Program-made: the position numbers and the translations under genes
The notes under the pieces: generated by a model
Databases searched by the model: none
The model's input: the letters and a program-made list of their open reading frames with translations, nothing else
Told to the model about the DNA's origin: nothing
In this document: piece by piece, positions 23,356-32,628 of the stretch
Layout: each line of letters starts with the position of its first letter
Position numbering within the stretch: the first letter of the stretch is position 1
Assembly: GCA_965205155.1 (NCBI GenBank)
Contig: OZ242033.1
Coordinates: 84,688 to 148,687 of the forward strand
Reading direction: 5' to 3'
Length of the DNA: 64,000 nt
DNA from: Candidatus Aldehydirespirator sp.
GTDB lineage: Bacteria > Actinomycetota > Acidimicrobiia > Acidimicrobiales > Aldehydirespiratoraceae

Positions 23356-24369
23356 TCATCGGTACCCGCCGGTTCGGGCCGCGTCCAGACCGACCGCGAT
23401 CAGCAGCAGCCCGCCCTGGGCGATCAGCTGGTAGAAGGTCTGCCAGCCGGCCAGGGTCATGCCGTTGATGAGCAGCCCGAGGATGATCACGCCGAGCACG
23501 GTCCCGCCCATCGAGCCGGTGCCGCCGGTGAGGCCGACGCCGCCGAGGATCACCGCGGTGATGATGATCAGCTCCCAGCCGAAGGCGGCGCTGGCCGCCG
23601 AGCCGCCCTGGCTCGACGACAGCACGAAGCCGGCGACGCCGGAGCAGGTGCCGCTCACCACCAGGTACATGATCCGCAGCCGGTCGACGGGCAGGGCGGC
23701 CGCCCGGCCCGACTCGGAGTTGCCGCCCACCGCGTACGCGTAGAGCCCGAAGCGGGTCCGGCTCAACAGCAGCCATCCGCCCGCCGCGAACACCGCCGCG
23801 AAGATCAGCGACACCTTGACCTCGAGGATCTCGTGCTGCATCACGGTGTAGATCGGGTCGTCGACGAGGGTCCCGAGATTGCCGAGGACGCCGCTGCCGC
23901 CGTCGAGGACGTAGGCGATGCCCCGGGCGATCCCCAGCATCCCGAGCGTGGCCACGATGGGGTTGACCCGCAGCCTCACCACCACGAAGCCGTTGACCAG
24001 CCCGACCGCGACGCCCACCCCGATCACGATGGCGATGGCCAGTACCGGGTGGATGCCGGTGGCCATGACCTTCGTGCCGACCGTGCCGGACAGGGCGATG
24101 GTCGAGCCGACCGAGATGTCCAGGGCGCCCGAGATGAGCCCGAACGTGGCCCCGACGGACACCACCATCAGCACCGCGGTGGCCTGGCCCGCGTTGAGCA
24201 GGTTGTTGGTGGTCATGAAGTTGCGGGCCACGCTGGAGAACAGGACGATCTCGATGAGGAGCACCACGCCGAGCGTCGACCGCTGGCCGCGGTCGGTGAG
24301 CACCGCGGCCCACAACCGGTCCAGTGCGGTGGCCTCGCCCGTGCCGGGCTGCGCGGTGGTGACGGTCAT
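23356..24369 (-). CDS. Sugar ABC transporter permease
   Basis: LDISVGS, TRFGLYAYAVGGN and TAVILGG. Confidence 0.88.
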   Translation of the reverse strand: MTVTTAQPGTGEATALDRLWAAVLTDRGQRSTLGVVLLIEIVLFSSVARNFMTTNNLLNAGQATAVLMVVSVGATFGLISGALDISVGSTIALSGTVGTKVMATGIHPVLAIAIVIGVGVAVGLVNGFVVVRLRVNPIVATLGMLGIARGIAYVLDGGSGVLGNLGTLVDDPIYTVMQHEILEVKVSLIFAAVFAAGGWLLLSRTRFGLYAYAVGGNSESGRAAALPVDRLRIMYLVVSGTCSGVAGFVLSSSQGGSAASAAFGWELIIITAVILGGVGLTGGTGSMGGTVLGVIILGLLINGMTLAGWQTFYQLIAQGGLLLIAVGLDAARTGGYR

Positions 24370-25364
24370 CGGAACCCACCCTTGGGCCGCTGGTCGAAGG
24401 CGACCGCGACAATCAGCAGGATGCCCTCGATGACCATCACCCAGTCGGGGACGACCTCGAGCTGGATCAGGCCGTTGGCCAGCGCGGTCACGAACAGCAC
24501 GCCGATAAGGGTTCCGACGATCGATCCCTTGCCTCCGGTGAGGCTGGCCCCTCCGAGGAACACCGCGGTGGCCACCGCGAACTCGCGGCCGGTGCCGGAG
24601 TTGGGGGCGATGCTGCCCAGCAGCGACGCCAGGACCACCCCGGCCAGCCCGGTGTACAGGCCGGCCACGATGTACATGCCCAGGCGGAACCGGTCCACGT
24701 TCATGGCCGCCTGCCGGGCGGCCTCGGGGTTGCCGCCCACCGCGAAGAGGTGGCGCCCCACCTTGGTGGTGCGCAGCAGCACTATCGACACCACCGCGGT
24801 GAAGACCAGGAAGTACACCGGCACCGGGATGTCGAAGAGCCGCTCCCGGGCGAACCGGAAGCCGTCGTCGCGCACCTGGGTGTGGCGGCCGTCGGTGATG
24901 ACGAAGCCGGCGCCCTGGAGAACGAACAGCATCGCCAGGGTGGCCACCAGCGGGTTGATGCGGAGCTTGGTGATGATGAGGCCGTTGGCGAGGCCGGTCA
25001 CCCCGCCGACGAGGAAGCCGATGGTGAAGGCGAGCACCAGCGGGACCCCGGCCACGAACAGCTTCCCGGAGACCACCCCGACCATCATCATCCCCGACCC
25101 GATCGAGAGGTCCAGCCCGCCCCCGATCAGCACCAGGGTGAAGCCGGCGGCCACGATGAACGTCACCGAGCTGAACTGGACGATGGTCAGCAGGTTGGTG
25201 GTGGTGAAGAAGTAGTCGAGGCGCAGCGTGAGGAACAGCACCAGCAGCCCGAGGGCGACCAGCAGCAGGACGTTCTGGCCGAGCAGGATGCGCCGGAGCC
25301 GGGCCGCAGTCTGCGCGCTGGTCTCCATCGCGCCGCTGCCGACCGGAACCGGGGTGACGGTCAC
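24366..25364 (-). CDS. Sugar ABC transporter permease
   Basis: LDLSIGS, TKVGRHLFAVGGN and AVFLGGASLTGGKG. Confidence 0.88.
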   Translation of the reverse strand: MTVTPVPVGSGAMETSAQTAARLRRILLGQNVLLLVALGLLVLFLTLRLDYFFTTTNLLTIVQFSSVTFIVAAGFTLVLIGGGLDLSIGSGMMMVGVVSGKLFVAGVPLVLAFTIGFLVGGVTGLANGLIITKLRINPLVATLAMLFVLQGAGFVITDGRHTQVRDDGFRFARERLFDIPVPVYFLVFTAVVSIVLLRTTKVGRHLFAVGGNPEAARQAAMNVDRFRLGMYIVAGLYTGLAGVVLASLLGSIAPNSGTGREFAVATAVFLGGASLTGGKGSIVGTLIGVLFVTALANGLIQLEVVPDWVMVIEGILLIVAVAFDQRPKGGFR

Positions 25365-25461
25365 GGCTGGTCCTGGGCTCCTGCGTTCGAGGCCGTGACG
25401 GTCACGGCTGGTCCTGGGCTCCTGCGTTCGAGGCCGTGACGGTCACGGCTGGTCCTGGGCT
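25354..25461. repeat. 41-bp tandem repeat x2.6 spanning the ATPase-stop/permease-start junction
   Basis: gtgacggtcacggctggtcctgggctcctgcgttcgaggcc at 25354 and 25395, partial copy at 25436. Confidence 0.95.
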
Positions 25462-26279
25462 GCTGCCCTGGCGCCGGAGCCGGCCACTATCAGGTTGACG
25501 CACTCCTCCACCGTCGTCGTGGCCGCGTCGAGGACGGCCACCAGCTCGCCGTTCTTCATCACCGCGACCCGGTCGGCCAGGCCGAGCACCTCGGGGATCC
25601 GGTGGCTGATGATCATGATCGACAGCCCGTGGGAGCGCACCTCGCGGATGAGTTCGAGCACGGTGGCGGACTCCACCGCGCCCAGCGCGGCCGAGGGCTC
25701 GTCCATCAGCAGGATCCGGCAGGCGGCCTCGAACGCCACCGCCCGCGAGATGGCCACCATCTGGCGCTGGCCGCCGGAGAGCACGCCCACCGGGAGCTTG
25801 GTGGAGTCGATCTTGATGTTGAGCCGCTCCAGCAGCTCAGCCGCCTCGCGGTGCATGCGGCGCCGCTCCAGGAACCCGAGCAGGCTGGGGAGCCCCTTGG
25901 TGGGTTCCCGGCCGATGAACACGTTGGCGGCCACGTCGAGATTGTCGAACAGGGCCAGGTCCTGGTAGATCATCTCGATCCCGAGTTGGCGGGCGTCCTG
26001 GGCGTTGGTGATCTCGACCGCCTCGCCGGCCACGGCGATGGTTCCCGAGTCGGGCTTGACCGTCCCGGCGATGGTCTTCATCAACGTGGTCTTGCCCGCG
26101 CCGTTGTCGCCGACGATGCCCAGGATCTCGCCCTGGCGCAGGTCCAGGTCGACGCGGTCCAGCGCCTGCACGTGGCCGAACCGGCGGGAGATGCCGCTCA
26201 GCTCGAGGATGGACTGACCGTCGGTTGGCTGACCGTTGGTTGGCTGACCGTTGGTTGGCTTGCCGTCTGTTACTGCCAT
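25443..26279 (-). CDS. Sugar ABC transporter ATP-binding protein
   Basis: GDNGAGKT, LSGGQRQ and LLMDEP. The N-terminus has a 15-bp repeat (PTNGQ). Confidence 0.9.
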   Translation of the reverse strand: MAVTDGKPTNGQPTNGQPTDGQSILELSGISRRFGHVQALDRVDLDLRQGEILGIVGDNGAGKTTLMKTIAGTVKPDSGTIAVAGEAVEITNAQDARQLGIEMIYQDLALFDNLDVAANVFIGREPTKGLPSLLGFLERRRMHREAAELLERLNIKIDSTKLPVGVLSGGQRQMVAISRAVAFEAACRILLMDEPSAALGAVESATVLELIREVRSHGLSIMIISHRIPEVLGLADRVAVMKNGELVAVLDAATTTVEECVNLIVAGSGARAAAQDQP

Positions 26280-26887
26280 GGCGGACTCCTGGGCGGGCCG
26301 GCGGTGATAGCGCCACTGGGCCCGTGCTCGTAGCCCGGGCCATCGGGCGGCGCGAAGTCGAAGTCGAAGACGAATCCGAGCTCGGTGTCGAGGTTGCATC
26401 GGACCACGTCGTCGGAGACGTTGGCGGTGGCCGGGTCGACGCGCTGGGTCACATAGGCGAAGTCGGCGTAATCCCCGACGGGATAGGCGTAGCGCACCCA
26501 CACACCGCGGTGCAGGACCACGCCGGTGCCCCCGGTGAGCAGGAACGCCCGGGCCGCGTCGACGTCGGGGCGGTCCTCGCCGGCGTCGGGCGCGACGATG
26601 AACACCGCGGAGGTCATGCCCAGGGTGATCATGGTGACCGTGCTGCCGGGATGCTTCTGGACGAACTCGCAGCGGTTGCCCCGGTGGTAGTAGCGGACGG
26701 TGCACATGTAGGCCTGCTTGGGAAACTCCAGGGCCTTCTGCACCCACAGGAACCCCAGGTGGCCCGGGGCCCGGTTCAGGCGGGGCGAGTCGGCGGTCTC
26801 GGGGGCTATCACCGCGCCGAAGGGCTCGAACGCGTCCCGGTCGAGGCGCTCCACCGTCAACCGGCGCACGGCGGGGTCCTCGCTCAC
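26270..26887 (-). CDS. Ureidoglycolate lyase (AllA)-like cupin protein
   Basis: LTVERLDRDAFEPFGAVI N-terminus, QKHPGST and GVVLHRGVW. Confidence 0.65.
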   Translation of the reverse strand: MSEDPAVRRLTVERLDRDAFEPFGAVIAPETADSPRLNRAPGHLGFLWVQKALEFPKQAYMCTVRYYHRGNRCEFVQKHPGSTVTMITLGMTSAVFIVAPDAGEDRPDVDAARAFLLTGGTGVVLHRGVWVRYAYPVGDYADFAYVTQRVDPATANVSDDVVRCNLDTELGFVFDFDFAPPDGPGYEHGPSGAITAGPPRSPPWQ

Positions 26888-26897
26888 GTACCCTCGC

Positions 26898-28004
26898 TCA
26901 CGCGTCCTCGGGGTCGAGCGATGGCGCCACCGGCAGGCGCTCAGCGATCGACTGCTTGAGCGCGAACAGGGTGCTCATGCTGCGGAGAATACTTGTGCCG
27001 CTGGCCCAGGGCTGCCGGTCGGTGCCGACGCACTGCAACAGGTCGGCCCGGGTGGCCAGGTAGGACTGGGGCGACAGCGGGTACTGGAGAGGCAGCTCCA
27101 GCGCGCTGCCCCTGGGCTCGTGGGGCCCGTAGCGCAGGGTGGCCCTCAGCATGCGGGAGGGGCCGGGGAGCTCCTGGTCCTGGAGGCCGTCGGCGCTGGC
27201 GTGCTCCCCCACCGCGATGAACTCGAACTGGCGGCGGTGCCGGGTGGCGAAGTCGAAGTGGATGGTGCCGTTGGCTCCACTGGCGAACTCCATCGAGGCC
27301 GACAGCACCGACCCGATGCCGTCCACCCGGCGCGACCAGTTGCCGTAGATCTGCTCGGGCGCCTCGCCGTACCACGACTGGAGCACGTCGACGGCGTGCA
27401 CGCACACATCGTGGACCGCGTCGAAGGCGTTGGTGTGCTGGCGGCCCAGCGCCGAGTGGTAGTTGATGCTGGCCGAGATCATCGGGCCGAGAGCTCCGTG
27501 GTGGATGAGGGCGCGGCACCCGTAGAAGGCGGGGGCGAAGCGGGTGTTGAAGTCGACGCCGAACTTGATGCCGCCGGCCCGGGCCTGCCTGACCATCTCC
27601 AGGCACTGCGGCCAGGTCTCGGCCACCGGCTTGGCGATGAGCACATGGATCCCCCGCCGGGCCGCCTCGGTCACGATCTCGACCCGCAGGGGCGACAGGC
27701 CGACGTCCCAGCGGATGTTGATGTCGATCACGTCGGGCTCGACCGCGTCGAGCATCGACCGGTAGTCGTCGAAGACCTGCTCCACGCCCCACAGCTCGCG
27801 GATGGCCTCCTGCGCGACGGGATCGGGATCCACCGCGGCCACCGGCTGGAGGCCGACGGCGCGATAGGCCGGCATGACGCCGCTGTGCACGATGCGGCCC
27901 GCGCCCACCAGTCCGATGCGGATGTCGGTGGGAATGTCGTCCTTCAGCGGCGGCGGTACCAGATCCAGGGCCAGGATCTCGTTCAGGTCGAGGGGAGCGA
28001 TCAC
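26898..28004 (-). CDS. Gfo/Idh/MocA family oxidoreductase
   Basis: IGLVGAG, HVLIAKP (AKP instead of EKP) and DVCVH. Confidence 0.8.
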   Translation of the reverse strand: MIAPLDLNEILALDLVPPPLKDDIPTDIRIGLVGAGRIVHSGVMPAYRAVGLQPVAAVDPDPVAQEAIRELWGVEQVFDDYRSMLDAVEPDVIDINIRWDVGLSPLRVEIVTEAARRGIHVLIAKPVAETWPQCLEMVRQARAGGIKFGVDFNTRFAPAFYGCRALIHHGALGPMISASINYHSALGRQHTNAFDAVHDVCVHAVDVLQSWYGEAPEQIYGNWSRRVDGIGSVLSASMEFASGANGTIHFDFATRHRRQFEFIAVGEHASADGLQDQELPGPSRMLRATLRYGPHEPRGSALELPLQYPLSPQSYLATRADLLQCVGTDRQPWASGTSILRSMSTLFALKQSIAERLPVAPSLDPEDA

Positions 28005-29026
28005 GAACCGCCCGCCAGCAGCGGTGTCAGGAACCGGCCCGCCTCCCGGACTCCCTCCTCGTACGGCTGGAACGGGTCCTCGTTCTCGATGCACACGTAG
28101 TGGTTGTAGCCCACCTCGGCCAGGGCGTCGATGAAGGCCTGCCAGAACTCGGCGTCGTGGCCGCGGCCGATGGTGCGGTCCCGCCAGGCCCGGTTGGCCG
28201 GGTCGGTGAACGGCCGCTGGTCGAGGACCCCGACGGTGGCCAGCTGGTCGTCGATGAGCTCGCTGTCCTTGAGCTGAACATGGAACACTGCCGACCCGAC
28301 GGCCCTCACCACCGCCACCGGGTCCATGCGCTGCCAGAACATGTGGCTGGGGTCGAGGTTGGCGCCGATGATCGGGCCGATGGCCTCTCTCATCCGCATC
28401 AGGGTGGGCACGTTGTACACCAGGTGCAGCGGGTGGAGCTCGAAGGCGATGCGCTCCACGCCACGGCTACGGGCGTGCTCGGCGATGTCGCTCCACAGCG
28501 CGATGCCCTCGGACCACTGGCGCTCGAGCAGGGCCAGGCTGTCGCCGGTCAGCGGGTAGAAGACCCAGTTGACGGTGGTGGATCCGGGGCCGTCGCCGGT
28601 GGTTCCGGTCATGGTCACGATGTTGGTGACGCCCAGGAGACCGGCCAGCTCGATGGTGTCGCGGATGAGCTGCTGGTGGGCGGCCCCGGTCACCGGGTGC
28701 ATCGACATGCCCGAGCAGTTGAGTGCGGCTATCTCGAGGCCGCGGCTCTCGTACGCCCGCAGGAACTCGGCCCGGGCCTTGGCCGATCCGAGCAGGTAGC
28801 GGGTACCCGACGGCTGGGAGGCCTGGGTGACCTCGATGCCCTTGGCCCCGATCTCGGCCGCGAGGTCGAGACGGGCCTCGAACTCGGCCATGGTGGAGAT
28901 CGGGCTCATCCACGCCGGCGAGCCGTCGCTGGGGGGCCGTTCGGTGTCGGGCTTGCCTTGGGAGGCGGTGAACATCCTCGCCAGCAGCCCCATCTTGGGG
29001 CCGCGCCCGGGCTGGTCTGCCGTCAC
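28001..29026 (-). CDS. Sugar phosphate isomerase/epimerase (IolE/IolH-like TIM barrel)
   Basis: FELHP, NLDPSHMFW, HVQLKD, CIENED. Confidence 0.85.
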   Translation of the reverse strand: MTADQPGRGPKMGLLARMFTASQGKPDTERPPSDGSPAWMSPISTMAEFEARLDLAAEIGAKGIEVTQASQPSGTRYLLGSAKARAEFLRAYESRGLEIAALNCSGMSMHPVTGAAHQQLIRDTIELAGLLGVTNIVTMTGTTGDGPGSTTVNWVFYPLTGDSLALLERQWSEGIALWSDIAEHARSRGVERIAFELHPLHLVYNVPTLMRMREAIGPIIGANLDPSHMFWQRMDPVAVVRAVGSAVFHVQLKDSELIDDQLATVGVLDQRPFTDPANRAWRDRTIGRGHDAEFWQAFIDALAEVGYNHYVCIENEDPFQPYEEGVREAGRFLTPLLAGGS

Positions 29027-29101
29027 GTCCTTGCTCCTCCGGTGGCTCCTCCGGTCGGCGGTTGCGCGCCGGGGCCCGTCTGCGGCCGCAGCGCCGCGAT
29101 C

Positions 29102-29139
29102 ATGCCGGGTGGGGCGGGAGGGAGCGCCTCACCCGGCAT
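29102..29139 (-). terminator. Long stem-loop downstream of the substrate-binding-protein gene
   Basis: ATGCCGGGTG-G-GGCG...CGCC-T-CACCCGGCAT inverted repeat between the SBP and downstream operon genes. Confidence 0.55.
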
Positions 29140-29165
29140 CTCGCCTGTCGCTCGTGGTAGGGGGG

Positions 29166-30134
29166 CTACCCCTCGGGGTAGAGCTCGTCGACGTTGTTGA
29201 TGTCGATGGGCTCGTGGTCGACATGGGTCACCTTCGCCGGGGTCTCGCCCGCGAAGATGGCGTCGATCAGCGGGAGCATGAACTCGCCGTAGCGGTCCGG
29301 GAAGTAGCCGATCGACATGATGAACGGGCTGGACTCGTCGCGGATCTCCGTCACCGCGTTGGAGTCACCGCCGTGCGACAGGATCACGCCGTGGTCGAGC
29401 CGGTCCAGCTGCTCCATGGCCGCCACCACGGCCAGGCCCGCGATGTCGTTGGTGGTGGTGAGGAACAGCAGGTTCGTCGCGTCCGGGTTGGCGTTGAGGT
29501 AGGCGGAGGCGGCCGCCTGGGTCTCCTCGCCCTCCAGCACCGCGTCGCTGAGTGTGATGGTGTCCATGGTCCACTCCGGGAACGACTGCGAGATCACGTC
29601 CACCGCTGAGGCCAGCCGCTCCTTGATGTCGTCGGGCCAGTTGCCCTGCCAGACCCCGAACACGCCGTCGAGCTGGCCGCCCCAGTTCTCGTTGACGTAG
29701 TCGACGGCGTACTGGCCCATCAACGTTCCGGCGGTCTCGCCGTGGGCGCCGAACCAGTAGACGTCGGGCACGTCCGGCGGCAGCGCGCCGTCGATGAAGA
29801 TCATCGGTATGCCGGCCTCGGCCATCTTGTCGATGGTGGCCTCGTAGTTGGTGATGCCCCCGTCGAAGTTCAGGTACAGGTCGACGCCCTGGGTGACCAT
29901 GGCGTCGGCGTTGGCCAGCATCTGGTTGGCGTCGAGGTTGTGGTCCACCGCGAAGATCTCGTAGCCGGCGCCGCCCACGTCGGCTTCCACGCCGTCCTCG
30001 ACGTTCACGCAGAACTCGCAGCCGGTGCGCAGGATGTTGGCGAATCCCACCGTCTTGGTTTCGTCCTCGGCGCCCCCGCTGCACGACGCGGCTATGAGCG
30101 TCACCGCGAACAGTAGGCCCAGATATTTCTTCAT
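29166..30134 (-). CDS. Sugar ABC substrate-binding lipoprotein
   Basis: Lipobox IAASC; [11 protein letters not shown] shared with the SBP at 15449. Confidence 0.88.
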   Translation of the reverse strand: MKKYLGLLFAVTLIAASCSGGAEDETKTVGFANILRTGCEFCVNVEDGVEADVGGAGYEIFAVDHNLDANQMLANADAMVTQGVDLYLNFDGGITNYEATIDKMAEAGIPMIFIDGALPPDVPDVYWFGAHGETAGTLMGQYAVDYVNENWGGQLDGVFGVWQGNWPDDIKERLASAVDVISQSFPEWTMDTITLSDAVLEGEETQAAASAYLNANPDATNLLFLTTTNDIAGLAVVAAMEQLDRLDHGVILSHGGDSNAVTEIRDESSPFIMSIGYFPDRYGEFMLPLIDAIFAGETPAKVTHVDHEPIDINNVDELYPEG

Positions 30135-30235
30135 TTGTCCCCCTCGGGTCCCCTGGTGAGGGTTCCCCTCTCGGCCCGCCCTGGAGCGGACAATATTTTC
30201 TATAGGCCGCAATAGTAGACCACTTCTGCGGCCCG

Positions 30236-31456
30236 TCAATCGGCGGGAGGCCTCTGGGCTATGACGCCGGCTCGGGCCAGCTCCGCCAGGTCGTCGGGGC
30301 CGTAGCCGAGCGCGCCCAGCACCTCGGAGTTGTGCTCGCCGAGGGCGGGACCGGCCGCAGCCACCCGGCCGGGCGTCTCCGAGAGGCGGGCCACCACGTT
30401 GGGCATGCGCACCGCGCCCAGCACCGGATGCTCGACCGACGTGATCGTCTCCCTGGCCTGATACTGCGGATCCTCGAAGATGGCCTCGATGTCGAGGACG
30501 GGCGCGATGGCCGCCCCGGCCTCGGCGAACTGGTCGATCACGTCCTCGGCGTCGCGCTCGGAGACCCACGAGCCGATGGCCCCGTCGAGCTCGTCCTGGT
30601 GCTCGATCCGCCCGGCGTGGCTTGCGAACCACGGCTCGTCGACGATGTCGCTCCGCCCGACCAGGCGCATGGCCCGCTCCGCGGTGGACTGGCTGCTGCC
30701 CGACAGGCCGAGCCAGACTCCGTCCCTGCTCTTGTACAGGTTGCGGGGCGCGGTGAACGGCGCCCGGTTGCCGGTGCGGCCCTGGACCAGGCCGAGCTGG
30801 TCATAGACGGTGCTCTGCGGTCCGAGCACGCTGAAGAGGGGTTCGTAGATCGACAGGTCGATCTCCTGGCCGACACCCCCGCCCTGGTCGCGCCAGTGCA
30901 GGGCGGTCATGACCGCGAAGGCGGTGGCCATGGCGGCCACGCCGTCGGCCAGGGCGAACGGCGGCAGGGTGGGCGGACCGTCCGGATAGCCGTTGACGTG
31001 GGCGAAGCCCGACATCGACTCGGCCAGGGTGCCGAACCCGGCCCGGTCGCGGTAGGGCCCGGTCTGGCCGAAGCCGGTGACCCGGGCCACCACCAGCCGG
31101 GGGTTGCGCTCATGCAGGGTCTCCCATCCCAGTCCCCACCGCTCCAGTGTCCCCGGCCGGAAGTTCTCGATGAGCACGTCGGCGCCGTCGAGCAGCCGCA
31201 GCATGGCCTCCCGGCCCCGCGGATGGGAGAGCTTGATGGTGACCCCCCGCTTGTTGCGGTTGGCGTAGGTCCACCAGAGCGAGACCCCGTCCTTCTCCCA
31301 GCCGAGGCCTCGCAGGTTGTCGCCGCCAGGGTGCTCGACCTTTATCACATCCGCGCCGTAGTCGGCGAGCAGCGTGGCCGCGACCGGCCCGGCGAAGATG
31401 GTGGCCGCGTCCACTACCTTGATCGACGTCAGGGGGGCGGGGTGGCGGTCCGTCAT
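30236..31456 (-). CDS. CoA-transferase family III (CaiB/BaiF)
   Basis: AGPVAATLLADYGADVIKVEHP, NRNKRG, ENFRPG, GFGQTGP and catalytic LADG. Confidence 0.92.
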   Translation of the reverse strand: MTDRHPAPLTSIKVVDAATIFAGPVAATLLADYGADVIKVEHPGGDNLRGLGWEKDGVSLWWTYANRNKRGVTIKLSHPRGREAMLRLLDGADVLIENFRPGTLERWGLGWETLHERNPRLVVARVTGFGQTGPYRDRAGFGTLAESMSGFAHVNGYPDGPPTLPPFALADGVAAMATAFAVMTALHWRDQGGGVGQEIDLSIYEPLFSVLGPQSTVYDQLGLVQGRTGNRAPFTAPRNLYKSRDGVWLGLSGSSQSTAERAMRLVGRSDIVDEPWFASHAGRIEHQDELDGAIGSWVSERDAEDVIDQFAEAGAAIAPVLDIEAIFEDPQYQARETITSVEHPVLGAVRMPNVVARLSETPGRVAAAGPALGEHNSEVLGALGYGPDDLAELARAGVIAQRPPAD

Positions 31457-31524
31457 GGGAGCACGGCCGCAGTCGCAGGGACCATCGGCAGGACTCTACA
31501 TTTTATAAAATCGCTTTGGCGAAG

Positions 31525-32628
31525 CTAGCCGACAGCTTCCACCCGGCCGCTGGCCGCGCTGCGGTAGGCCGCCTCGACGATCTCCACCGTCCGAGCCCCG
31601 AGTTCGCCGGGTGAGTGGTTGGCCACGCCGTCGCCCCGGGCCAGGGCGACCAGGGTGTCGATCGGACCGCTGCAGTCGTACAGCCCGGCGCCGGGCTCGA
31701 GTTCCAGCACGACCTCCTGGTCGGGACCCCGGAACCGGGACACCAGCTCCCGGCACAGATCCACGTGGAGCTGGCCCTCCGACCCGATGATCTGCACCTC
31801 GAGATGGTGCTTGTTGCCGTTGTGTCCCAGGTGGGAGGAGGCCCCCGAGACGCTGCCGATGGCACCGGCGTCGAACCGGACCGACCAGGCGTCGTGGTAC
31901 TCCACGGGAGTGTCCAGCGGCGACGACATCATGGCGAAGACCTCGGCGCCGCGCAGCCCCGACAGCCACAGCCCCAGCCCGATGGCGTGGGATAGCTGGG
32001 CCTGGGCGTAACCCCCGCCCGAGATGCCCGGATCGACGAGGGTCTCGGGCCGGGGCGTCAGCTCGGGCACGACCTTCGCGCTGACGAAGCCCCCTTCGTC
32101 CTGGTCGGACGCGAACGACGGCTGCACGCCTTGGAGGGCCTCGCGGGTGGTGGACGACATCACGATCGAGATGCTCTCGACCGTGCCGACGCCGCCGCCG
32201 GTCTCCATGAGCCGCTTGGCCCCGATGACGATGTCCTTGTAGTGCCAGCCCAGCGCGATGAGCAGGTGACGGTCGTTGGCGGCCGCGGTGGCCACCAGGT
32301 CCCGGGCCTCGTCGGGGTGGACGGTGAACGGCTTCTCCACCAGCACATGGGCGCCGGCCTCGAGGGCGGCCTTGGCGTGCTCGTGATGCCAGCGGACCGG
32401 GCTGGCCACCACCACGATGTCCGGCTCGGCCTCCAGCACGCCCCGGTAGTCGGTGTGGGCCGAGGCGAACCCGAACCGGGACCTCACCGTCTCGAGCAGG
32501 ACGGGGTCGCGGCGGTTGACCGCGGTGAACTCCACCGCGTCGCGGTGCTTCTCCAGGCGGGGCAGGTGCGACGCCACGCACCAGGCTCCAGCACCGATCA
32601 TCCCCAGCCTGAGCTTGCTCATCCTCAT
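31525..32628 (-). CDS. Gfo/Idh/MocA family oxidoreductase
   Basis: GMIGAG and HVLVEKP; shares GGGYAQAQLSHAIGL with the gene at 9277. Confidence 0.88.
   Translation of the reverse strand: MRMSKLRLGMIGAGAWCVASHLPRLEKHRDAVEFTAVNRRDPVLLETVRSRFGFASAHTDYRGVLEAEPDIVVVASPVRWHHEHAKAALEAGAHVLVEKPFTVHPDEARDLVATAAANDRHLLIALGWHYKDIVIGAKRLMETGGGVGTVESISIVMSSTTREALQGVQPSFASDQDEGGFVSAKVVPELTPRPETLVDPGISGGGYAQAQLSHAIGLGLWLSGLRGAEVFAMMSSPLDTPVEYHDAWSVRFDAGAIGSVSGASSHLGHNGNKHHLEVQIIGSEGQLHVDLCRELVSRFRGPDQEVVLELEPGAGLYDCSGPIDTLVALARGDGVANHSPGELGARTVEIVEAAYRSAASGRVEAVG

Noticed and set aside
29033-29055. Duplicated gctcctccggt (GGAGGA RBS) upstream of the IolE/IolH-like gene
   Set aside because: Real, but a trivial 11-bp duplication; recorded only as part of the general duplication tendency.
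15367-31511. AT-rich cctata(g)aaaat-like patches upstream of both SBP genes and TTTTATAAAA at 31501
   Set aside because: Plausible -10 regions, but too short and variable to call a shared operator.
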